A stretch of DNA of 64,000 nt, from positions 3,731-67,730 of the forward strand of contig PFRS01000005.1 of assembly GCA_002788675.1 (NCBI GenBank). The letters are read 5' to 3'. The translations under genes and the position numbers were made by a program. Shown piece after piece: positions 1 through 8,166 of the stretch (positions are counted from its first letter, which is position 1; each line of letters opens with the position of its first letter). The stretch is from Candidatus Pacebacteria bacterium CG_4_9_14_0_2_um_filter_40_15 (lineage in GTDB: Bacteria > Patescibacteriota > Microgenomatia > UBA1400 > PJMF01). Below the pieces are notes generated by a model, which saw nothing but the letters and a program-made list of their open reading frames with translations, was not told the DNA's origin and searched no databases.

Positions 1-624
1 CCAACCATATTTAGAAACTCCAAATTGTCTTTCATGATGACTAACTTCAATCTCACCGACTTTATAACCTCTCCATTTTAATAATGCTGGTATCATTCTA
101 TGAAGTTCACCGTACAGATCTAAATCTTCAAAACAATCTTGTTTATATATTCTCAGTGTGCATCCTGAATCATGGATACCGTCGTCTACAAGTATTCTTC
201 TAAGAACTCTCGCTCCATTTGAAATTATTCTTTTAGATGCAGTGTCTTTCCTTACTTTTCTCCATCCGCAAACAACATCAAGATCATCATTAATTAAGTA
301 CTCATACATTTTTGGTATATCCACTGGATCATTCTGGCCATCTCCATCTAGCGTAATGATGTAATCTCCAGTTGCAACTTTAATTCCAGCATCAAGTGCT
401 GATGATTGGCCAAAGTTTTTTCTGAAAATAATTATGATGTTCTTTTTTATCTTTTTAAGAATTTCAGTGCTACCATCTGTTGAACCATCATCAACCATAA
501 TCACTTCATAAGAAGTTTTCATTTTACGCATTGTAGAATGAATTCTTTCATTTAGTGGTAAGATATTTTCTTTCTCATTGTTTATAGGTATAACAATTGA
601 GAATAATGGTTTTTTATTCGTCAT
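1..624 (-). CDS. GT2 polyprenol-phosphate glycosyltransferase (ArnC/DPM1-like), 3' end runs off the window
   Basis: Not in the ORF track; translated by hand from ATG at 624: MTNKKPLFSIVIPITNEKEN...VDDGSTDGS...RKNFGQSSALDAG...ITLDGDGQNDPVDIP...HDSGCTLRIY...YGELHRMIPAL. These are typical ArnC/DPM1-like motifs. Confidence 0.9.
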   Translation of the reverse strand, partial: MTNKKPLFSIVIPINNEKENILPLNERIHSTMRKMKTSYEVIMVDDGSTDGSTEILKKIKKNIIIIFRKNFGQSSALDAGIKVATGDYIITLDGDGQNDPVDIPKMYEYLINDDLDVVCGWRKVRKDTASKRIISNGARVLRRILVDDGIHDSGCTLRIYKQDCFEDLDLYGELHRMIPALLKWRGYKVGEIEVSHHERQFGVSKYGW

Positions 625-892
625 TTTTTTTATATAGTCTAATATTTCTAATATATACAAATAGTTGTAAAAATATACTTACAAAAAAAACAATATCTTT
701 TTTTTGAAAAACATATGCAAGTAACATAAGTGATCCTAAAAACCTTAAGTACCAGTAAAAACGTGGAACAACACTCTTTTTACTTTTTTCTGAAGCGTAC
801 CATTGTAAAATTATACTTGAGAAGAATACTGCTTGGGAAAGAAATCCCCAAAGAGTCCACAGATCAATTGTTGCAAATTCAGGAAAGGTCAT
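614..892 (-). CDS. Small membrane protein, lipid-A-biosynthesis N-terminal domain (LAB_N) family
   Basis: LWGFLSQAVFFSSIILQWYASEKSKKSVVPRFYWYLRFLGSLMLLAYVFQKKDIVF fits the LAB_N pattern (QW..SEK.K.S..P..FW). Start reassigned to ATG 892, which overlaps the end of the upstream gene (track start 931). Confidence 0.8.
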   Translation of the reverse strand: MTFPEFATIDLWTLWGFLSQAVFFSSIILQWYASEKSKKSVVPRFYWYLRFLGSLMLLAYVFQKKDIVFFVSIFLQLFVYIRNIRLYKKNDE

Positions 893-1871
893 AAACACCT
901 CTATATTTCTTAAAATAAGTATAAAATTCATTTAATCCATCTTCTAACTTGATTTTTGGAGTATAGCCAATTAAGTTGTGAGACTTGTCGATATTTGCAA
1001 AAGTAATAGGTAATTCTTCACTACCTCTCTCTTTGTGTAGCACTGTTAAATCGAGGTTGAGTTTTTCACCAATAAGTTTTTTTGAAATGGAAATAAAATC
1101 TTCGATGCCAACAGGTGTATTATTTCCAAGATTAAATACTTCAAACGTCTTAAAACTCCATTTTTTTGTTAGTCCGGTAACTCCATCAACAAAATCATCA
1201 ATGTATGTCCAATCACGTTTATTCTCGTTAGTACCAAACTGGTAGAATGGTTTTCCTTGAATAGCAGCTTTAATAATTAAAAATGGTGCCATATCAACTC
1301 TTCCTCGAGGACCATAGATCGAAAAAGGTCTGACAATAGCTATCTTCATATCGTAATGATTTGAATACTCTTTTGCGAGTAGTTCCATTGCAAATTTTGA
1401 AACTCCGTATGGAGAACTAGGATTAGCTACCATGTTTTCAACAAAAGGTGTTTTTTCTTGAATTCCATAGACTGAGGATGAAGAGAGTAATACTATTTTG
1501 GTATCTAACTGGCTAATCCGAATTGCTTCTAAGATATTTTGGGTAGCTAGGATATTATTTTGAGTGTAGGTGAGCGGATTTTGAATACTATTTCTAACCC
1601 CGGCCATGCCTGCACAATGAATTATAAAGTCAGGTTTAATTCTCTTAATGAGTGCTTCTACCTTTTCAGTATTCTTTAAATCAATCTTGTGTAACTTAAA
1701 TTGAGTAGATGTAAGAAGTTTTTGAATATTAGATTCTTTAATTTTAGGTGAATAGTAATCATTAAAATTATCTATACCAATTACCGAGTTATTACGATCA
1801 GCTATGAGTGCTTCTGAAATATGGGATCCAATGAATCCAGCACAGCCGGTAACGATATACGTCTTTTTCAT
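879..1871 (-). CDS. NAD-dependent epimerase, UDP-glucuronate 4-epimerase-like
   Basis: VTGCAGFIGSH, GIDNFNDYYSPKIK, AGMAGVRNSI, SSSSVYG, PSSPYGVSK (YxxxK), YGPRGRVDMA, RDWTYIDD. Confidence 0.85.
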   Translation of the reverse strand: MKKTYIVTGCAGFIGSHISEALIADRNNSVIGIDNFNDYYSPKIKESNIQKLLTSTQFKLHKIDLKNTEKVEALIKRIKPDFIIHCAGMAGVRNSIQNPLTYTQNNILATQNILEAIRISQLDTKIVLLSSSSVYGIQEKTPFVENMVANPSSPYGVSKFAMELLAKEYSNHYDMKIAIVRPFSIYGPRGRVDMAPFLIIKAAIQGKPFYQFGTNENKRDWTYIDDFVDGVTGLTKKWSFKTFEVFNLGNNTPVGIEDFISISKKLIGEKLNLDLTVLHKERGSEELPITFANIDKSHNLIGYTPKIKLEDGLNEFYTYFKKYRGVYDLS

Positions 1872-1874
1872 TAT

Positions 1875-2795
1875 TTAGTTTGAGATTCTGTTGTTTTGAA
1901 ACTGATACCTATACTGTTTTATATCATGAATGTGTTTTTGTGTCTGGAGTAATGAAAAGAAAACACTCTTTGTCATATTTTGTTTTATGGCTAACAACGC
2001 TAAAACTATCTGTCCCAACAAAATAAATGGAAATGTAACCACCAACTCAGTTGTCGATCGACTAATCAACGCCGTCCAAAGCAAATTCCTCACACTCATT
2101 TTATATCCAAACTCCGATTTTGCTCCAACAGTAGACGATTGCGCATGTTGTGCTTTTAAGTTTGTATCAACTAAGAGGGTGTAACCCCTAGACTTAATGC
2201 GAAGTGAGAGCTCAACATCTTCTGCATTAAAAAAGAAAAGCGGATTAAGCAGATACCCATAGACTGCAAATAGTTCTTTAACAACGAGTGTTTTTAGATA
2301 TAAACATGCTCCATTGAGTAATACATCGTTTGTGCGATTAGGATCTTTGTTTTGGAACGCCATTGCCGTTGGATAGTAGCGAACTCCAGCATTTTCTACT
2401 TTTGTAAGATCTGAATCTAAATAAAGAACAGGTTGAATGGCCGCCAATTTCTTATTTATAGACCATTGCTTCATTCTTTTTGGCAGTTCGGTCATCATGA
2501 TAGCGTTAACAAAAACATCATTATTGATCAAGCAAATATACTCTTGTGTAATGCCATCGAGATGCTTCTTCAGCCAAGTATTATAGCCTTCAGAGAATCC
2601 AAGGTTCTTTATGTGTTTAAAATACAAGACTCCAACCTTTTGAGCGATTGGTTCTAAAGAGTTTTTTGAGCCATTATCAATAAGGAGAATATTTTTCTTT
2701 GAAGTATACTTTTTAAGCTCAGTTACTGCTTTTTCCGTTACTTCAGGACTGTTGTAACCCATCATTATATAGAGACAGTTGTGATTAAGTTCCAT
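1875..2795 (-). CDS. GT2 family glycosyltransferase
   Basis: IDNGS, NLGFSEGYN, LINNDVF (DxD-equivalent), NGACL, FFFNAEDVELSLRI. Confidence 0.85.
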   Translation of the reverse strand: MELNHNCLYIMMGYNSPEVTEKAVTELKKYTSKKNILLIDNGSKNSLEPIAQKVGVLYFKHIKNLGFSEGYNTWLKKHLDGITQEYICLINNDVFVNAIMMTELPKRMKQWSINKKLAAIQPVLYLDSDLTKVENAGVRYYPTAMAFQNKDPNRTNDVLLNGACLYLKTLVVKELFAVYGYLLNPLFFFNAEDVELSLRIKSRGYTLLVDTNLKAQHAQSSTVGAKSEFGYKMSVRNLLWTALISRSTTELVVTFPFILLGQIVLALLAIKQNMTKSVFFSLLQTQKHIHDIKQYRYQFQNNRISN

Positions 2796-3891
2796 AAAAT
2801 GTTTCTAAAAGATCAGCAACCACTCTTTTGTATTTAAAAAATGTAATGGCGGTGTCGTTAGCAGTGTTGCTATTTTTATAAGTATTCTTAATGAGCTTGA
2901 TATCGTTACTGACTGAATGGGTAATTTCACTAAGATTTTTTTGAACTGTAAGATGATAGAGCTTCTTATTTCCAACCAAAACCCTCTTTCCAGCCGTAAT
3001 CGCCTCATACACAGGATACCCAAATCCCTCATAGATACTTGGCTGAATAACTAAAGCTGCATGTTTGTAGTAGCTTATCAGATCTGAGTACGATACTTTG
3101 GGAAAGTAGTGAACATCGGTAAGTATAGCTATTTTATCAAGAACTTTTTGTTTATCATTGCCGTTATTGCCAATCAAGACCAATGAATAGTCTTTAAAAT
3201 CAGGATGCTTTTTAAGTTCTTCAAAAAGATCAAGTACGTACGTGATCTTTTTATGCGGATAGAAAGCACTCACCGTAAGCAGATATTTTTTTATCTTAGG
3301 CTTTGGAGCAGTAGCTACTGCTTTTTTGAAACTTTCTTCAATACCTGGCCATACCACTTGAGTCTTTTTTGCGTAAAAAGGGAAGAAGTGTAACAAGCGT
3401 TGTTTAGCAAAATCTGAAGAAACAATTAATTGCGTAGCAAAGAGCATTGAAAACTCAGTTACTAGTTTGGTTGCCCAATAGGAAATGAATGAAAAATCTT
3501 CAGGATGGTCTTTCCAATTGGTGTCATGGACAGTAACTACTTTTCTAACACCTGGAACTAGAGCTGGCCCAATATATCCTGGCGAGTAACACACATCACA
3601 AGAGTATTTTAAGATTTCAAATGGAAATATGAGTTGCTCATAGAGAATCCGGGCTATCCTATTGCTGGCATGAATTGGTAAACAAACGATCTTAAACTTT
3701 TTTGAAAGATTCTTAAAACTGTGGCAATTTTCTTGGTTGCAGAAAAGTATATAATTATTGTTGGGATCGTGTGCATCAAGTGCAGAAAGTATGCTACGCG
3801 CATAATACTCAGTCCCGCCAACTTGATTTGGGATAAGGTAGAGTAAATTAATTCCAATGATCATACGAGTATTTCTGACTGGTTTCTTCAC
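2785..3891 (-). CDS. GT4 (GT-B fold) glycosyltransferase
   Basis: GINLLYLIPNQVGGTEYY, VVTVHD, YPHKK, PSIYEGFGYPVYEA. Confidence 0.9.
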   Translation of the reverse strand: MKKPVRNTRMIIGINLLYLIPNQVGGTEYYARSILSALDAHDPNNNYILFCNQENCHSFKNLSKKFKIVCLPIHASNRIARILYEQLIFPFEILKYSCDVCYSPGYIGPALVPGVRKVVTVHDTNWKDHPEDFSFISYWATKLVTEFSMLFATQLIVSSDFAKQRLLHFFPFYAKKTQVVWPGIEESFKKAVATAPKPKIKKYLLTVSAFYPHKKITYVLDLFEELKKHPDFKDYSLVLIGNNGNDKQKVLDKIAILTDVHYFPKVSYSDLISYYKHAALVIQPSIYEGFGYPVYEAITAGKRVLVGNKKLYHLTVQKNLSEITHSVSNDIKLIKNTYKNSNTANDTAITFFKYKRVVADLLETFYGT

Positions 3892-3934
3892 TACTCATAA
3901 TACACTACAGTAGCTATCTTAGACAGCCGAAACT

Positions 3935-6259
3935 ATGCTATTCTATATCAAGATGATGTCCTTTTTGAAACAAAAAAAATCACTTATTGTCTTACTTGCA
4001 CTCCTTCTTTTGAGTGTTGTTGTGGTTAATCTACCCAGAACCCTCACCTTCGCCGACAACGTCTCTCTCATGATCCCCGGCAAAATCTACACAGCCCACT
4101 GGCTGAAGCAAGGAGTACTTCCACTCTGGAACCCTACTATCTACGGAGGTCTACCTTGGCTAGCAGATATAAATCAATCAATCTTCTACCCCACCACCCT
4201 CCTCTTCCTCCTTTTTAAACCCTCCACAGCCCTCAATCTCACTATTCTGTTACACATACTCTTTTCAGCCTGGGGAATGTATCTGTTGGCAGACTTTTGG
4301 TTTAAGAAGCACAAAGCACACGCGGCTTTGGCAATAGTTGCAGCGTTGCTGTGGGTCGTCTCAGCTCAATTCGTGAACTCGTTTAATAACATCACCTTTT
4401 TGCAGTCGCTTACCTGGATGCCCTTTTTTGTGTACTTTGGCATGCGAATTTCAGAAGGAAGAAAGTATCTTTTGGGAATAGTAGGCATGGTGCTGTTACA
4501 ACTAGTTGGGGGCTATCCGGTACATGTGCTCTATAGCGGCCTGGCGGCCGCCGCCTTCTCCCTCTACACGCACCTCCAAACAAACAAAAACACGCCAAAA
4601 TCCCACCTCACTTGGCTCGTTCTCTGGCTTGGTGCTGTTGTAGTCTCAGTAGCAGTCTCAGCTTTTGTGTGGATGCCGTTTCTAGACGTCTTAGGTAACT
4701 CAACCAGAACCCTCCAATCAGACGCTCAGGCCGTTTCTGGATCGTTGCATCCGGTTGAGTTCAGTAAGTTTGTGGTTCCCTACTTCTTTGACAATCCTAA
4801 AGACGGAGTGCGGTGGGGCCCAGGCTGGAATGCCTTGCCAACGGTGTCACTCTATTTCCCTTGGATAACCTTTGTATTATTGGCAGGTGTGACACTATAT
4901 AAAAAAATGAGTCGTCGCATCCTCTTTTTATTGAGCCTGATTGTCGTACCAATACTTTTAGCCATGGGTGAGTACTTGCCGGGTTATGATGTGATCCGTA
5001 AATTTCCGTTATTCTCTTTTACCCGAGGACCGTCACTTATTTTAGTTGTCTCTGCCTTGGCACTCTCGTTACTTATTCCTGAATTACTTTCAGTCTTCCC
5101 TAAAAAAGTTTCTAAACTGCACAATAATGGTGTGTTAGTGTTGTCAGCTCTAGCTACACTCTTTTCTGGAGCACTGCTTTGGATCTCTCAATATAATTTC
5201 AGCCTAGTTTGGGATAGGATTCAGCCGTATGTGGCTGGTAGTCTGTTCCATACCTTTGAGCGCGATCAATTAATTCTGATTTCTATTGCTAAAAACATGT
5301 TTGTTTCAGCAGTTTTCCTAAGTATTGCCCTTGTGGCACTGTTCTATCTTAAAAAGCAACTAAAAATTATAGTGATTGCAGCGTGTCTGGTTTTAGACAT
5401 CGCCTACGGCTCCTCGGCCATGATTTGGATTGGCCCTGCCAGCATTTACGATTCACAAAGCACACTCATTCAGCAACTTCCCCAAGACAGCCAATCCCGC
5501 TACCTTATCCGCAACTACAACGCTCCCTACACAGAGTATGGTTCCTACTGGGAAGCCGTATACGTGCGAAAACCGTTCTCTGATTCGTACATTGATACAC
5601 AAGAGCTACAAGAGTTTAACCACCTGCAACGCATGGTAGATGGTGCCACACCGAACATGCACATGGCCCATGGGCTTAACTCGCTTAATGCGTATACGAC
5701 ACTTTTGCCAATTGATGTGAATGCACGCTGGAACACTACAGAGGTAGTCGGCATAAACAACGTGCCAGAAATTTCAGCCACTAGTTCTGCTTTGGCAGAT
5801 TGGGCAGTGAAGTACTACTTAGTTGATACCTTCTACCCAACCACAGAAGATTTTTCTATGCACACGTTGGTTTTGCAAGATGAGCTCTGGAAGCTGTATG
5901 AGCGCCGCGACGCACTGCCACGAATTCGCTATGAGGATGGTACTGCACTTGAGGGTGAAATATATGAAACGCCAAATACTATTACGCTGAAGCCGACAAA
6001 TGCTGCAGGACATACGGCGGTGATTATTGCGGATCGGTATGATGTGGATTGGAAGGCAATTAGTGATGGAACCACGGTTGAAATTGAAAACTATACTGGT
6101 ATGCGAAAAGTTACTCTGAAGCCGGATACTCAAATGCTTGTTTTGGAATATACACCGAGAAAGTTGTACCAGGGTTTGGGATTATCTGGGCTTACGGTAC
6201 TTATCATGGTAGTTTATATATGTGTTCAAAAGAAATTTTCAAAGTTATTTGAATCATAA
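3935..6259 (+). CDS. YfhO-like GT-C fold polytopic membrane glycosyltransferase
   Basis: TFADN near the N-terminus, GVLPLWNPTIYGGLPWLAD, FYP, many TM helices, C-terminal YfhO-like segment (IIADRYDVDWKA) and a final TM. True start may be ATG 3953. Confidence 0.8.
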   Translation: MLFYIKMMSFLKQKKSLIVLLALLLLSVVVVNLPRTLTFADNVSLMIPGKIYTAHWLKQGVLPLWNPTIYGGLPWLADINQSIFYPTTLLFLLFKPSTALNLTILLHILFSAWGMYLLADFWFKKHKAHAALAIVAALLWVVSAQFVNSFNNITFLQSLTWMPFFVYFGMRISEGRKYLLGIVGMVLLQLVGGYPVHVLYSGLAAAAFSLYTHLQTNKNTPKSHLTWLVLWLGAVVVSVAVSAFVWMPFLDVLGNSTRTLQSDAQAVSGSLHPVEFSKFVVPYFFDNPKDGVRWGPGWNALPTVSLYFPWITFVLLAGVTLYKKMSRRILFLLSLIVVPILLAMGEYLPGYDVIRKFPLFSFTRGPSLILVVSALALSLLIPELLSVFPKKVSKLHNNGVLVLSALATLFSGALLWISQYNFSLVWDRIQPYVAGSLFHTFERDQLILISIAKNMFVSAVFLSIALVALFYLKKQLKIIVIAACLVLDIAYGSSAMIWIGPASIYDSQSTLIQQLPQDSQSRYLIRNYNAPYTEYGSYWEAVYVRKPFSDSYIDTQELQEFNHLQRMVDGATPNMHMAHGLNSLNAYTTLLPIDVNARWNTTEVVGINNVPEISATSSALADWAVKYYLVDTFYPTTEDFSMHTLVLQDELWKLYERRDALPRIRYEDGTALEGEIYETPNTITLKPTNAAGHTAVIIADRYDVDWKAISDGTTVEIENYTGMRKVTLKPDTQMLVLEYTPRKLYQGLGLSGLTVLIMVVYICVQKKFSKLFES

Positions 6260-6275
6260 CATAATCCTATAACTA

Positions 6276-6303
6276 TTGATTTCTTTTCATATTGAGTTAT
6301 AAT
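6276..6303 (+). promoter_or_regulatory. sigma70-type promoter for the 6372 ORF
   Basis: TTGATT-16 nt-TATAAT; AGGAG Shine-Dalgarno 7 nt before ATG 6372. Confidence 0.6.
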
Positions 6304-6371
6304 ACTCAAATAAACTGCTATAGATCATTAACTATCAAAGGTCAAACAGACAGGCTCACAGGAGCGATCAG

Positions 6372-6566
6372 ATGAATTTTGAAGAAATTGGTATAGTTCT
6401 GACGATTAGCATATTCTGGTTTTGCATAGTTGCACTTCCAGTATCTATCTCAACCTATGTTTTCTTTCGTGATTTTACAAGCGAAGAAAACGCAAGTTTG
6501 GGAGCGTTGATTGTCTTATTGGTAATGTTTATTGGATCCATAATCTACGGTCTTTGTACTGTATAG
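6372..6566 (+). CDS. Small two-TM hypothetical membrane protein
   Basis: 64 aa with two hydrophobic helices; has its own promoter, AGGAG RBS and downstream terminator. Confidence 0.7.
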   Translation: MNFEEIGIVLTISIFWFCIVALPVSISTYVFFRDFTSEENASLGALIVLLVMFIGSIIYGLCTV

Positions 6567-6576
6567 CAAGTTTAAC

Positions 6577-6608
6577 AGCCCTCTGGACTTCCAGGGGGCT
6601 TATTTTTT
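6577..6608. terminator. Intrinsic terminator between convergent genes
   Basis: AGCCCTCTGG-ACTT-CCAGGGGGCT hairpin followed by TATTTTTT. Confidence 0.75.
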
Positions 6609-7196
6609 ACCCACAGCAAAATAGTCATTATAATATTTGGCGAAATTTGCGGTGATTTCTCGGCTATCCCGAAGTGGCCTATCAGTGAGTTCAGGCATTA
6701 ATCCAGAATCCTTTAAAGGAATTGGTTCTGATAATTCAGAACGAGTGTATCCAAATATTCTCAGCAACGCGATATTTATATCAGGATTTTTGAGGTAGGC
6801 TGCTCTGGCAATTTTGCCAACGCCACTTACCCAACGTTCCTGGGTATCTAAGTCCTTGTGAGCAAATCCTGCAGGTAAAATGAGCACGTTTCTGTGTTCA
6901 TCGGCTAGTTTGCTGGCAGCAGCTTCAATGGGTCTTTGGGGAACGGTGAGTGGTTGCTTTACAGAGTTGTGGACACCCAAAATTGTTTTAATAATTGCGT
7001 TACCAATTCTTGTACTTTCAAAATCTGTCGCACGTATAGGCATTATTTCCACTGCATTGGGAGCAATAAGATCAAAAAGACTTGCAATAAAGGGGACACT
7101 CAGGATAACAGGATTTTCGTCGCGAACTAATTTTGCAATTTGAACTGCGGCTTTAAGCGTTTCTGGATGGTTACCGATTATGAGTGTTTCTTTCAT
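6600..7196 (-). CDS. Hypothetical protein, degenerate PlsC/LPLAT acyltransferase-like
   Basis: LIIGNHP (block I-like), VLILPAG (FPEG-like), WVSGVGKIARAA (block IV-like); the Asp of HxxxxD is absent. Confidence 0.5.
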   Translation of the reverse strand: MKETLIIGNHPETLKAAVQIAKLVRDENPVILSVPFIASLFDLIAPNAVEIMPIRATDFESTRIGNAIIKTILGVHNSVKQPLTVPQRPIEAAASKLADEHRNVLILPAGFAHKDLDTQERWVSGVGKIARAAYLKNPDINIALLRIFGYTRSELSEPIPLKDSGLMPELTDRPLRDSREITANFAKYYNDYFAVGKK

Positions 7197-7292
7197 TTTG
7201 ATATTTTTCTGATATCCACTACTCTAATGAGTTCGATGATATCTTAGGAATATACAATAGTTATTATATCCTATAATCATAGAATAACAAGT

Positions 7293-7320
7293 AAAAAGCC
7301 CCTCAAATGCATTGAAGGGC
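7293..7320 (-). terminator. Intrinsic terminator of the 7336-7932 gene
   Basis: Minus strand reads GCCCTTCAA-TGCAT-TTGAGGGGC-TTTTT. Confidence 0.7.
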
Positions 7321-7335
7321 CTCGGTTGGTACACA

Positions 7336-7932
7336 CTATTCAAATTCTGCTAGTCGATTTTTTATAAATTGGTTATCAAAGGTATCATTTGAGTATACTG
7401 AGTTGCAGTACACTTTAGCAGTGGAAAATTCGCTGTTCGCGTCAGGACTGCCAATAACTTCAATATAGTGAAGTGGCTTGTACAGCTGTTTAAGCGCCGC
7501 TTGGGTAAGAAGCGCATTCAATTTATCGCTGTTAAGCCTTGTTTCAGTGAGGCTGGTTACAATTGGCCCATCGGCAGTTGCTTCTATGTTTACTGGGTAG
7601 GTATACCCATTTAACCAAACGTTAGCTGAATAATAGTCTGCATACTGCATACCATTCTCAGTTCTGCTGGCTTTCATCTCATATTGTGACCAGATCATCT
7701 GAGATTTGATTAAGCCATCATTTGGCGAATATGTTTGTGGATTGTAGCCACAAACTTTTTTCGCCGCATCTTGATAGTACTCAACAGAAAATGCGTTATC
7801 CGTCACCGCAACTTTTCTTCCATCCTGACTCCTGAAATCAAAATATTGAGCGCTTACCTGACAGCCAACTATCACACTTGCAATAGCAAGTATCCAAAAA
7901 ACTGCCCAAAAGAGTTGTTTAAGTCTTCTCAA
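7336..7932 (-). CDS. Hypothetical exported protein, possible lipoprotein
   Basis: TTG start with AGGAG RBS; MRRLK + hydrophobic helix + lipobox-like IVGC; polar Tyr/Asn-rich mature domain. Confidence 0.7.
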   Translation of the reverse strand: MRRLKQLFWAVFWILAIASVIVGCQVSAQYFDFRSQDGRKVAVTDNAFSVEYYQDAAKKVCGYNPQTYSPNDGLIKSQMIWSQYEMKASRTENGMQYADYYSANVWLNGYTYPVNIEATADGPIVTSLTETRLNSDKLNALLTQAALKQLYKPLHYIEVIGSPDANSEFSTAKVYCNSVYSNDTFDNQFIKNRLAEFE

Positions 7933-8166
7933 TTTGAATGCTCCTGTAAACGGTAGTAATAGAAGCTCTATGCGAAGTGCAGTCAGATCCTCTACTCCTG
8001 AGTTTACAGGAATCTAGTGTGTGAAAGAGTGGATCACTTATTTCAAAAAATATATAAGCGATTAAGACTTATAGTATATCATGCAATATCAATACCTTTG
8101 AAAGGTTGCTAGATATACTTATTTTAGTGACTGTACGTTTGTATTCTTAAAGAATTAAAATGAAAG

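Noticed and set aside
614-892. Reading the LAB_N gene and WaaE-like GT2s as evidence of LPS/lipid A synthesis
   Set aside because: No lpx, kdo or waa core genes are in the window, these families occur outside LPS pathways, and LCP points to a wall-linked polymer.
7197-7280. Upstream ATG (7280) in frame with the 6600-7196 ORF across a single TAG, suggesting readthrough or a pseudogene
   Set aside because: The upstream peptide has no convincing similarity or RBS, and TAG is used as a normal stop elsewhere in the window.
7995-8012. CTGTAAA resembling a tRNA-Tyr anticodon loop
   Set aside because: No cloverleaf, T-loop GTTCRA or acceptor stem around it.
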